64,000 bases of DNA from the human T2T-CHM13v2.0 reference genome, Homo sapiens (GCF_009914755.1 NC_060925.1), one strand, 5' to 3'; shown: positions 41,572-53,602, counted from the stretch's first letter. Notes: a model not told the origin generated them from the letters alone. Numbers and translations are program-made.

Positions 41572-44177
41572 GTAAGTAATTGAAAACACCTAGGGGCTCA
41601 GGTTACTCATTCTTTGATTTGAATATAATAGATATAATAAAGAATATTTTAAGTCACATCTGGCATATTGTTAAAGAGCATTATATTTTTAATTATAAGT
41701 TAATTTTCATACCTGTCTGAAAATTTAGGTTTCACCTATAAAATAATACCAGTCATCTTTTGTATCTCAGTTTGGGAATGTTATAAACTAGATACTTAGG
41801 TTAAGATTTCTTCCTTGCTCGTAGGGTCTATAAAATGCTAGGTACAAAGGATATACAAGGTAAAAGAAAAGGTTAAATAAAACTCATTCTTTGCTCACTA
41901 AAGGCATTACAGTGATTCACAGTGAAATGGAGTATAAGGATAAATGATGTTAATTTTTAAAGCACCAGACATACAAAAAATTAATGTTACCTTTTGAGTA
42001 ATTTTGAAGGATCTAAAAATCAATAATTAGTACCTTACATCTTACTTACTGTTTTTTCCTGATTTTATGTTAAGTGGAGTCAGATGAAACTTACAGATGA
42101 AAAGCTTTAATCTGTAGCAAGAAGATGTAAACCTAAGGGAATTGCTTAGGTGCTATTTAAGTATAAAATTTCCATACCTTTCACTGGGTATCATCCTTTC
42201 TCTGCCTACATATCTAATGTAGTCGTTTTATTCTGTTATTACTAGTTGGTCACTAAATTGAACAGAGAAATAGAATTGTGGAAGTGAAAGCTATTATGTT
42301 TTCAGTCCTGACAAGACGATAGTGTTGTTACTTCCATCAGTTTTGAATAAGCTATAATTTTGAGATAATGACAGTGGAATGTGCAATACTGACAGATAAT
42401 GTATATTCACAGCAATATAGGCATTAGGCAAAACCAACACTGGAAGGTATTATTTGGATAAAATACCATTTTGATTGCCATTGTCTTGGTTATACAGCAT
42501 TTCATAGCAGTTAACACCCATTAAATGTGTTGAAATCTTTTGTGAGGTATGATGTGTTATTTAATAACAATGAACTTTAACTTCTAAACATTGTACAGGG
42601 GTAACATTAGTAATTACTTTGGCTTTTATATATTTCCTACATAAGTGAGCATTTTATTATTGTATGTTCATAATTTTTGTGCTGTTGTGCCAAACATCTT
42701 TGACACAAATCATAGACATAGCAGAAAAGGAGTGAGGTAGTCATTATTTCCTCATATAGTTATGTGTATTAAATGGAACAGGAGAGTCTCTTATGCTTTT
42801 TAGATTTAACAATTACATTTTAAATGCATCATGTTATACTTCAAAAGAAGTATAACTTAGTCTTGGATACATCCAGTTGGGTGCGCCAGGATGAGTTGTT
42901 AAGAATATGATATAAAATGGTTAAGTTAAAATCATGGTTTTAACTGCTTGAATGAGCATACTTAGGCCAAGAAAATGCTTTGAAGACTCAACCACATTGT
43001 TATTTGTTCTAATAGGTATAACTAAATAAAGCTAAAAAGATGAAAATGTAAGTGCGCTTAGATTTAAAAGGCCATCTACTGATTTTTAATTTTCTAATTT
43101 TGCAAGGAATAAGTGTCAAAGTCATGGTCTTTACAGGCAGTTACTGCACACAGACTTCTGAGTTGAGGGAAAGCCTTTGAGTGTTTTTGTAACCTATTAG
43201 AAAAAATATTTTCTTATGCAGTTTCTTCTTGTCTGTCTTGTAATTTCACAGTCTGGCTCTAACCCACAAGAAAACATGTATATGCCAGTATAGCTGCAAC
43301 AGTCCAGCAGCACCCTCTCCCTCTTAATTCTGTACCACTGCTTTAGATGGGGCCCTATTATTTAGCAGTTGTTCGGACTTCACTTTTTAAAGTTTAGTTG
43401 AAACTTTTTTTAGACCTAACAACTTTTTTTTTGCATTCATATATTCAAGCTTCAGGGGAAAAGGGAAATTACATGGGTAACTCATTAATGTGAATGAAAA
43501 TTGCATAAATAGTTCCCTTGTGTGCTAATGAAGTGAATAGACATCTTAGACTCTCTACACTAAATGTTAAAGCTAGACACATCAGAAAATGAAGAAAACA
43601 TTCCTTCCTAATTAGAGGCAAATGTATCAAAGTACTTGTTTTCTTTATTCTTGTGCCAAAGTAGTCTTGTCATTATACAGAGGTTACCCGCAGAACTATG
43701 CAATCCAGCAAAAGAGGTTTCTGTATTGACCTACCTAAGAGGACATGAAGCATATAAAACTCAAATGACTGAATTACAGAGCGGTTAAATGTAATTAAGC
43801 AAGGAAAATACTAAATTTTTTGTCCTGTTTTCTTAGCATAAAAAATTGGAGTTACTAAATATATGAGAATAAAACTATAAATATATTGCTATTATTTAAT
43901 AACTAACATTTATATAATAACAGGATATAGAGTATGTCTACATGTTATATCACATTTTAAAGATTCTACTAGCCAGTCTAGTGGACAGAGATACTTTTCT
44001 GATTACTATTTCAGTAATTTTAATTGAACTTGATTTTGCAAGTTCAATTTATTTTCTCCACGGATAAGTTTTAGTGGAACTTTAATTCTTTTCGGTTGTC
44101 TTCACTGTTCATTTAATTAGAGAGAGAGAAGCAAGTGTGTTATATTAATCCCTTGGTCTTGTGATTATTCAATGCAG

Positions 44178-44306
44178 GTACGAAAAGAATATGGCAAGTG
44201 CTTCAGACACTCATACTGCTGTGGAGGCCTCCCAACTGAGAGTCCCCACAGTTCAGTGAAGGCATCAACCACCAGAACCAGTGCTCGCTATTCCTCTGGC
44301 ACACAG
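44178..44306 (+). CDS. ADGRL2: Helix 8 / proximal tail exon (129 nt, phase 0-0)
   Basis: tgcag|GTACGA ... ACACAG|gtaaca; [15 protein letters not shown]...RYSSGTQ. Confidence 0.96.
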
Positions 44307-44853
44307 GTAACAAAGAGTTTGACAGCATCTTTAATTAACCTTATTTATAGAAAACCTACTGAGACATGTTCTGTTCAGATGCACTAATTGTCTTCTCATT
44401 ATAATGATCTAGATAGCAAATACTTGCTTTTTTAGTATTTTGGTTTCAATGTCTTCTTAAACATTTCTTCAGTGTTTCTTTATATGTGAACGTCCTTTTT
44501 TGTGGAGAGTTATTTAAGAAGTGTGTCATAATCGTCTTATAGCCTAAGGCCATATAGCACAATGCTCATAGCAGGCACTCAATAAACATATATTGAATAA
44601 TCAGTGATCTCCACTCTTTAAAGAAAGACAATAAAGTAACATGTTTTTAAGAGTGGAGGATTAAATGCCCCTTAGTTGCTTAGTAAATAAACAATAGATA
44701 TTGTTAGTTTTAGACCAGAAAAAACACACATTCTTTAAAAGGCCACCAGATAATCCTACATAGGTTGTTTAGGGTAAATCCTTGTATGTCTTTAATAAGG
44801 TAAGTTTGGGGAAACTAACAAAACATATTTGTCTTGCTGTTTTGTATTAATAG

Positions 44854-44950
44854 AGTCGTATAAGAAGAATGTGGAATGATACTGTGAGAAAACAATCAGA
44901 ATCTTCTTTTATCTCAGGTGACATCAATAGCACTTCAACACTTAATCAAG
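44854..44950 (+). CDS. ADGRL2: Cytoplasmic tail exon (97 nt, phase 0-1)
   Basis: aatag|AGTCGT ... AATCAAG|gtcagt; [32 protein letters not shown]. Confidence 0.96.
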
Positions 44951-46495
44951 GTCAGTTATCAGGAAAATTTGAGTTACTACCATTTATTAAAGTACATATA
45001 AGTTCCTTTTATTCAATAATGTAATGTAAGAAATATAATTTTAAACTGCATTAACAGGATGCGGCTCGAAGGTAATTATTGAAAATATACCTTGCCACAG
45101 ATTAAAAATATTATCCTAGGGAGTACAGATTTATCCTTTCTGACCAAGACATTTATGAAGGTTTTCTTCATAAAACATTAATAAAATTAGAATAGTTACT
45201 ATTCACATGAAACAGTACCATGGAAATTATGAACTTTTTTAACCTTTCTTTCAAAAAGTAAAAAATAAATGCTAAAAACATGTGTAGTAAATCTTCATAA
45301 ACAAAAATACATGAAAGTTTATAAAGTAATTATTTCTATATTGTTTGATGTGTCTACAGTGGCATCTTTAAATTTATCAGATAAATCAGTATAGTTCTTA
45401 AAATATGCTAGGAAATGAAGTAATTTAGAAAAGAGTATATGCACACACATGTATTCTTGAATAAAAGCTTAATACATTCCAATTTAGTATGAAAAATTAT
45501 ATGGTATTGTATATATCCTTGGAAAGGTAATTTATTACACTATTTTCAGTTTGATATGTACTGATTTGTAATACAAGTTAGAATTTATTACAATGAAATA
45601 TAATGACATTTTAAACTGTTGACATTGTTCTAGTGAGATTCTCATTTAAAATGGAAAAAGGTGTATGTGTGGTAGCAATACTAACCTGAATTTTAAGATA
45701 TTTTTATCCAAATTACATTAGCTATGCAAAACATAATCAGTAAGTATTTAAAAGTTTGTAATTTGTCAGTTAGAATGAAAGACGTGCATTTCTTCTGTTG
45801 CTTTGGTATTTTACTTCATTCTGTTGGCGATCAAAAAGTAAATGCATTATTCAATGATTCATTTTTGAAACCTGGCAAATAACATTACATAATGAAAATT
45901 CTTGTTATATAGAATTTGTGAATGATCTAATAATTCATTTTATAGTCTTTTTTTTCTCAGCATGTGTGCTTTTGCATTTACTAAGAGAAGCTTTTTGCAA
46001 TGTGTCATACTTTCTACCTGTCTGTGAAAGTTGTTTTCCTCCTGCTCAGTTGGTATTAACACAGATGTTTTCATGAGGGATAATCCCACACCTGTAAATT
46101 CTGAAAGTTTGAGATTCCCTCTTCTGGGCCTCAGTGGTTACGTTTTTAATATTAAGCAGTAACATCTTGAAACATAATGTTGATCTCTATGCATTTAATT
46201 GCCATTTTTGTTTAACAGTGCTTTTGTATAAATTAGTAAATGTCATCCTCAGCAGGTGTTTACTTGGGGGATTTAGAAAGCACCTGTGAATTACTGAAAT
46301 TTAACTTCCCTCTCCCTTCTCTCCTGCAAATTAGTAGTTCAAATACAGTCAGAACATTTCAACAGATTTTCCATTGCCAACTTGTCCACTACCCTTGATG
46401 AATATAAAAAAAATAGTTGACTACAACTGTAACACTAAAATAAGAAACTGATGTACTTTTCTCTGTTTTTTTGTTGTTTTTTTTTTTTACTTTAG

Positions 46496-46624
46496 GAATG
46501 ACTGGCAATTACCTACTAACAAACCCTCTTCTTCGACCCCACGGCACTAACAACCCCTATAACACATTGCTCGCTGAAACAGTTGTATGTAATGCCCCTT
46601 CAGCTCCTGTATTTAACTCACCAG
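46496..46624 (+). CDS. ADGRL2: 129-nt cassette tail exon (phase 1-1)
   Basis: Strong poly-T tract, tttag|GAATGACT ... CACCAG|gtgtgc; [43 protein letters not shown]. Confidence 0.92.
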
Positions 46625-46854
46625 GTGTGCTTTACTTACAAATAAAACTACCTTTCTTTGCTGCTAAACAGAGCTATGATCTTTGCCCTGTTTCTAAAAT
46701 ATTCAAGTTGTCATATATTTATTGTTACATTCTTAATTTCTCAGTTAAAAAAAATTACGGTATTGTCTATGCCAGGCTTCTAAAACTGCACTATATTATA
46801 GTAAAAGCTCAGTCATGATAGTATTTACAATAATGATCCATGTTTTTAACACAG

Positions 46855-46936
46855 GTGGCATAAATCTTAATATATTATTACAGGACTGACATCACATGGT
46901 CTGAGAGCCCATCTTCAAGATTTATATCATTTAGAG
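46855..46936 (+). CDS. ADGRL2: Alternative tail exon with two acceptors: 46855 (GGINLNILLQD*) or 46884 (53 nt, GLTSHGLRAHLQDLYHLE, shifts frame to phase 0)
   Basis: acag|GTGGCA and tacag|GACTGAC acceptors, shared donor TTAGAG|gtatcc; hand translation; peptides resemble short LPHN2 C-termini as I recall them. Confidence 0.72.
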
Positions 46937-47463
46937 GTATCCTATCTATATAATATACTGTTCAGTTAATTCTAAAGCTTGCTGACAAAATTTGCTTCTG
47001 GAATGAATTAGCTAATGAAGATAATTTGGATGCCTAGCTATAGAAAACCACATTCAGCCTATCAATATATCCAAACTATAGTATAGTGCAGCTTTATGGT
47101 AGTTTTCTTTTTTCTTAAGAAAAATTTCAGAATAAAGTTAATATTAGTTAGCTTATACCTATAGTTTTTAATTGGGGGAGGGGGAAAGATTGTCACTAAC
47201 CCATCCATATATTACTATGTTGTTTAATAGCTTATTTTAAATAAAAGTATATATATATTTAATATTAACAGAATTTTCAAGATTTTGGTAAAGTTTTCAC
47301 ATAATTACTGCTAGCATATAATCTTTATTTGTGATGAATATTTGCCACTAAATTAAACACAGAACTTGGTTTCCATTTTTTTCTTAAAATTATTTTTTAA
47401 TGTAACTGCAGCTTCTCTTTTCATTCTCTTGTTTTTTTTCACTTTCCTTATGCTTTCCTCTAG

Positions 47464-47519
47464 CAACCTACAGAGAGACAAGTATGGGAGTAAAACTTAA
47501 CTTTGCCTATCAAATGTAA
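47464..47519 (+). CDS. ADGRL2: Alternative tail exon: 18-nt microexon ATYRET (donor after 47481), 52-nt form (donor after 47515), or read-through ATYRETSMGVKLNFAYQM*
   Basis: ~50-nt pyrimidine tract, ctctag|CAACCTAC; donors ACAA|gtatgg and CAAAT|gtaaat; TAA at 47517-47519. Confidence 0.75.
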
Positions 47520-49251
47520 ATTTTTTCAGCATGATTTTTAACGGGCACAATTAAAACATAACTAGCAGTCATGAAGTAGACTCAGCGGGCAAGTGGTTCA
47601 CAATTTGCAACTAAAATATTAACAAATTCAAACAGTACATCCATCTGTACTGCCTTTTGTCAGTAATGGAGGTCTGTAGCAAATGCTGTCCATACTTAAG
47701 TATACGCAATGCTGAAATAATTTGCTCTATAAAGCCTGAAGTACTGTCAACCAAAATGCTTAATAATTGACTTATCATTTCTGCATTCCCACAGTAATCT
47801 TGCTACAGGCTGTGGAAAATCTTCAAGTGAATTACCTGAACTTGGGCAGAAAAAGATAACCTCTTCAAAACCAGTCAAAGATGGCTTAAATCTGCAGTAT
47901 ATCATAGAAAAGACCTTTTGGATTATATCCAGTGTATAGTGTTGTATTTACCAAGCAATGATAAAACAAAAGAAAATCTTTGAAAACAGTGAACCTCTAC
48001 AGAGGAAACAAATGCTAGCAAGTGAGCCATGTATCACTCATACCTTTAAGTGCGAAATGGTTTTTTTTTTAATAATCTTATAAAGATTATAGCACATAAC
48101 ATGAATTTATGAAGCTAGAGAATTGTGTCTACCAAGTTAAAGGAAGCCTTACAAATAACTATCACAATTTCATTTTGTTGCACATGGAACATGATACAAA
48201 TTTGTCAGTTTTTCAGATGTAGAAGTTGGGACAGTCTTTAAGACAATACAAATCACTAACAAATATAATCTCTCATTTTCTCATTTTTTTGCTAATGATA
48301 ATTTGCCCAACAATGATCACATATTTATTGGTCATGAAGTTTGTGTCAGGTGATACAGATATTTTTTTTTTCTGAAGGAAACTGCATTTTCTAGGATATC
48401 TGCAGCTTTAAGAGTGGAGTGAGCACTAAAACGGGAAATTTCGTATTTTTTTCCAAGAATTAAATTTTTTCCTAAACTCCTCCAAGCCTTGCATACAATG
48501 CAGCAGCCTCACAGTGGTCAGCTTCATTTCAATAACATCATTTCATTCTTTTTTTTTACAGACCTATCTGTAGACTGTGATTTTTTTTTTTCTCTAGGAT
48601 TTTGAGAATGAATAACCTAACTTTCCATGGTGCAGACCATTTAATTTTCTCTTGACTTTTTTTTTCATTTGCTTGAGAAGCACTGTGATGTCTTAGTTTA
48701 CATGTTTATGTGTCTGTAGAAAATACAACTCTGATTCAAATAGAGCATGTTACCATGTTTTATTTCCCCCTCCTAAACCTCTTTTCCTATCTTCAGCAGA
48801 CTTATCCAGTCTTTCATTCCTTTAGAGATAAAAATATATTAGCCAAGGCTGCCACCCTTCTCCCATTCCATAGTTAATATTTATTCTTGGTTTAATTTCT
48901 GTGACCCATACTTAAGAAATCTCTAACATTTCTGCGTTTGACCTCCATGGCCATGGTGTCTGTGGGCCTATCTTGTACAGTGGACTCTGCTGGTTCATTC
49001 GGTGCTGTCACTGTGACTGATGCAGACTGCAGGGCTGCAGGCAAACTTTGACCACTAGAAGCCTGGGGCCATTGCTATTAGAGAGATTATTAGTACCAAA
49101 TACTCAAAATAATAAATATTAAATGAAAAATAAAAGGCTGCTATTGCTGGTAATCTAATTTGTTGAACCCTTGCTCTGACTAAGTTGCTGAGAAGCTTAG
49201 AAATTCTTCATCATGTTACAATAAATCATTTTACTTTCTTTTATATATCAG

Positions 49252-49304
49252 CTACTCTTAGGCCAGATAGCCTGAGCAGACAGACATGATGTGAGTTGTC
49301 CAAA
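49252..49304 (+). CDS. ADGRL2: Small penultimate stop-containing exon (LLLGQIA* in phase 0); donors after 49290 or 49304
   Basis: tttactttcttttatatatcag|CTACTC; two GTGAGT donors at 49291 and 49305. Confidence 0.7.
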
Positions 49305-49985
49305 GTGAGTCATTCCACCTGCTGTCTATCGTGATGTTGGATGGTGCTTGTGGGCCCCTGGTCCAGTCAGTATGAGAGATGGCTGTCTTTGTTTAACATG
49401 ACTTCTTTGTATCTGTCCATGTTTTCATTCTTTTTTTTACTTCATCTCCAGAAAAAGGAAATGTTAGAATGTTGTTTAAAAAGTTGCTTGCCAGTTATGT
49501 GGGTTTATGTTGTACATTTGCCTTTCAGTTTTGTATTGTGACTTACTCCTTTTTAATTTAGTGTTGTTTAGGACAAATTCTGTTAATTTTATTTTTATAA
49601 ACCATAGTCTTGTACTTTAAAATGTAAATGTCACTAATGAATTGCTTTGCATTAACTATGCAAGGGCATGGAGTGAAGTCTTCTTTGTGTCAGAGATTTG
49701 ACCAAAATCAATTAATCAGTACTGTCTCCTGAAATTGATAAAGTATTACTCTGTATGCCATTTTCTCTCCCTGGAAAACAGTATTATTTTTAACACTTTT
49801 TCCTGTTATCTAAGGGGTTGCAACTATTTACAGTTGGGAATGCAGGAAAGCCTGGCACTTTTCAAGTGTTAGCTTTCAAATACAACTTTGTCCTGAACGA
49901 CATTAAAAAGTTTTGTACAAAAGAAATAGAGTTTCTGTGGAAAGGAACAGAGACAGTAATGATAACTCCCCCTCTTCTGTTTCAG

Positions 49986-50740
49986 GACATTCACTGAACA
50001 ATGCCAGGGATACAAGTGCCATGGATACTCTACCGCTAAATGGTAATTTTAACAACAGCTACTCGCTGCACAAGGGTGACTATAATGACAGCGTGCAAGT
50101 TGTGGACTGTGGACTAAGTCTGAATGATACTGCTTTTGAGAAAATGATCATTTCAGAATTAGTGCACAACAACTTACGGGGCAGCAGCAAGACTCACAAC
50201 CTCGAGCTCACGCTACCAGTCAAACCTGTGATTGGAGGTAGCAGCAGTGAAGATGATGCTATTGTGGCAGATGCTTCATCTTTAATGCACAGCGACAACC
50301 CAGGGCTGGAGCTCCATCACAAAGAACTCGAGGCACCACTTATTCCTCAGCGGACTCACTCCCTTCTGTACCAACCCCAGAAGAAAGTGAAGTCCGAGGG
50401 AACTGACAGCTATGTCTCCCAACTGACAGCAGAGGCTGAAGATCACCTACAGTCCCCCAACAGAGACTCTCTTTATACAAGCATGCCCAATCTTAGAGAC
50501 TCTCCCTATCCGGAGAGCAGCCCTGACATGGAAGAAGACCTCTCTCCCTCCAGGAGGAGTGAGAATGAGGACATTTACTATAAAAGCATGCCAAATCTTG
50601 GAGCTGGCCATCAGCTTCAGATGTGCTACCAGATCAGCAGGGGCAATAGTGATGGTTATATAATCCCCATTAACAAAGAAGGGTGTATTCCAGAAGGAGA
50701 TGTTAGAGAAGGACAAATGCAGCTGGTTACAAGTCTTTAA
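49986..50740 (+). CDS. ADGRL2: Last coding exon, long cytoplasmic tail ending in class I PDZ-binding motif VTSL
   Basis: tttcag|GACATTCA; [28 protein letters not shown]...GQMQLVTSL*; matches ORF 49913-50740. Confidence 0.97.
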
Positions 50741-52015
50741 TCATACAGCTAAGGAATTCCAAGGGCCACATGCGAGTATTAATAAATAAAGACACCATTG
50801 GCCTGACGCAGCTCCCTCAAACTCTGCTTGAAGAGATGACTCTTGACCTGTGGTTCTCTGGTGTAAAAAAGATGACTGAACCTTGCAGTTCTGTGAATTT
50901 TTATAAAACATACAAAAACTTTGTATATACACAGAGTATACTAAAGTGAATTATTTGTTACAAAGAAAAGAGATGCCAGCCAGGTATTTTAAGATTCTGC
51001 TGCTGTTTAGAGAAATTGTGAAACAAGCAAAACAAAACTTTCCAGCCATTTTACTGCAGCAGTCTGTGAACTAAATTTGTAAATATGGCTGCACCATTTT
51101 TGTAGGCCTGCATTGTATTATATACAAGACGTAGGCTTTAAAATCCTGTGGGACAAATTTACTGTACCTTACTATTCCTGACAAGACTTGGAAAAGCAGG
51201 AGAGATATTCTGCATCAGTTTGCAGTTCACTGCAAATCTTTTACATTAAGGCAAAGATTGAAAACATGCTTAACCACTAGCAATCAAGCCACAGGCCTTA
51301 TTTCATATGTTTCCTCAACTGTACAATGAACTATTCTCATGAAAAATGGCTAAAGAAATTATATTTTGTTCTATTGCTAGGGTAAAATAAATACATTTGT
51401 GTCCAACTGAAATATAATTGTCATTAAAATAATTTTAAAGAGTGAAGAAAATATTGTGAAAAGCTCTTGGTTGCACATGTTATGAAATGTTTTTTCTTAC
51501 ACTTTGTCATGGTAAGTTCTACTCATTTTCACTTCTTTTCCACTGTATACAGTGTTCTGCTTTGACAAAGTTAGTCTTTATTACTTACATTTAAATTTCT
51601 TATTGCCAAAAGAACGTGTTTTATGGGGAGAAACAAACTCTTTGAAGCCAGTTATGTCATGCCTTGCACAAAAGTGATGAAATCTAGAAAAGATTGTGTG
51701 TCACCCCTGTTTATTCTTGAACAGAGGGCAAAGAGGGCACTGGGCACTTCTCACAAACTTTCTAGTGAACAAAAGGTGCCTATTCTTTTTTAAAAAAATA
51801 AAATAAAACATAAATATTACTCTTCCATATTCCTTCTGCCTATATTTAGTAATTAATTTATTTTATGATAAAGTTCTAATGAAATGTAAATTGTTTCAGC
51901 AAAATTCTGCTTTTTTTTCATCCCTTTGTGTAAACCTGTTAATAATGAGCCCATCACTAATATCCAGTGTAAAGTTTAACACGGTTTGACAGTAAATAAA
52001 TGTGAATTTTTTCAA
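50741..52015 (+). promoter_or_regulatory. ADGRL2: 3' UTR of ADGRL2 with several poly(A) signals
   Basis: AATAAA at 50781, 50785, 51386, 51797, 51802 and 51995; no obvious repeats until the (TA)n/Alu at ~52640; 51995 taken as the distal signal, exact end inferred. Confidence 0.75.
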
Positions 52016-52639
52016 GTAGTTAACATGTGAACTTTTATGTATGATACATAATTGGCTTTAACATGTTGGTCCATTCCCACCTTGGTTTAAGTAACGTCAT
52101 ACCAAAGTCCATGGATATATGAAAGGATACAATTAAGTTGCCTGTTTGTTCTTTATGCTGAAAGGAATATATGTCTTCCAATTGCCCACTACATATGCAC
52201 AAAATCTGCTGGATAAGTTTTAAGAGGGATATATTCTGAAAGCATTTTTGTTTGTTGCATTGTACCAGGACTAAAAAAAGAAGGATTGGAAGTTCTGCCA
52301 TCAAATTTGGGTATCATAAAAAGTTTTTAACTGATTTTTCAGCAGTATTGGGAAGTTTCTTAAACATACTTTAAGGATTATAAATATCCCTATAGACAGC
52401 TGTGAATACCAATATACATTACCCTGGAAAAGTTTTACTCCAAGTTCAAAAATCATATAATTGAATATCAAGAAATAGATGTTTTCTGTTTGTATCATAA
52501 GCATTTATAGAAAATTATTCTAAAGCTTAATGGTTTGCTATAATTCTCAAATACTACCACTAGCTTATAAATCACTTTTATGTGGACACACACATGCCTA
52601 TTGAATTTAAAAAGGAATGAGATTTAAAAATTAAGTGCA

Positions 52640-52647
52640 TATATATA

Positions 52648-52698
<51 letters not shown>

Positions 52699-52781
52699 TT
52701 GGGACAGAGTGTCCCTCTGTCACCCAGGCTGGAGTGCAGTAGTGTGATCTCGGCTCACTGCAACCTCCGCCTCCCAGGTTC
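52640..52781 (-). mobile_element. (TA)n microsatellite attached to the poly-T tail of a truncated Alu (right-arm 3' end only)
   Basis: (AT)n 52654-52680, T20, then GACAGAGTGTCCCTCTGTCACCCAGGCTGGAGTGCAG ... CCCAGGTT and abrupt end. Confidence 0.88.
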
Positions 52782-53499
52782 TCAAACAGATTTAACAATC
52801 CTCTGAGAATGGTACTCATTTATTTGGCTAAAATTCTTCAGGGATTTATAAACTACTTGCTAAAGGAGGGCATTAGATAATCAAGTATTTTTAATTTTCC
52901 ATCTTGTTATACTTTTTATTTTAAATGCCTAAAACCATACAGTATTGTGTGATGTGTAATTCCTAGTATACAAGCTACCTAGAGTCAGGCTGGTTCAGTA
53001 ATAAATTTTTTTAAAGGCAACACTGATTATTCAGTTAGTCCTATTTCTTTCTCTTGAGGCAGTTCTCAAAACTCTAAAGACATGAACACTGCATCGTACC
53101 TAAATGGCTACTGTTCTCTAACGTCTTTATCCTATGGATTCAATTTGGAAGCCATCATTGATCTTTGGCATCAAAAGAAAAGTCATTTTTAAAGCATTTC
53201 TTTTCAAAAATATATAAATATTGCCTTAAATTCCATCTAGGATTCCCTTAGTACAAGGTAGTTTCTTAGGTTTGTAATTACTAAACTACTGACTGTTTTA
53301 ATGCAGATGCGTTATTGTATTTATTAACCCAGTTTCTTTGGGTCTGCCTAGACTTCACCTGAATGTACAGTTTTCACATTCTTGATTGTTTCTCTTTGTG
53401 ATAGTCACAACTGTGAACTTATAAAGTCACATTTTTAAAGTTCTTCCTAGAGACATTCACTCTGTCTTTATTAAAAATAATAATAATAATAATAAACGT

Positions 53500-53602
53500 T
53501 ATCTTGTTGGCCAGACTGGTCTCCAACTCCTGGTCTCAAGCAGTCCTCCCAGTTGGGCCCCTCAAAGTGTTGGGATTAGAGGTGTGAGTCACTGCGCCCA
53601 GC
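53500..53602 (-). mobile_element. AluJ/FLAM left-monomer fragment
   Basis: ttggccagactggtctccaactcctggtctcaagcagtcctccc...gtcactgcgcccagc. Confidence 0.85.

Noticed and set aside
44172-44183. CAG|GTACGA acceptor resembling a recursive splice site
   Set aside because: Short intron, weak reconstituted donor, and GTA is simply the Val codon of VRKEY
48580-48800. Extra acceptor-like sequences (poly-T...CTAG near 48597; CTTCAGCAG near 48796)
   Set aside because: No convincing donor or recognisable peptide; may be ordinary T-rich intron or UTR sequence
50447-50716. Antisense ORFs over coding exons (also 2702-2924, 9770-10012, 15406-15646)
   Set aside because: Expected shadow ORFs opposite real coding sequence
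52681-53602. Idea that the two antisense Alu fragments are one Alu split by an insertion
   Set aside because: They look like different subfamilies (S-like versus J/FLAM-like), the middle part is missing and I saw no shared TSD
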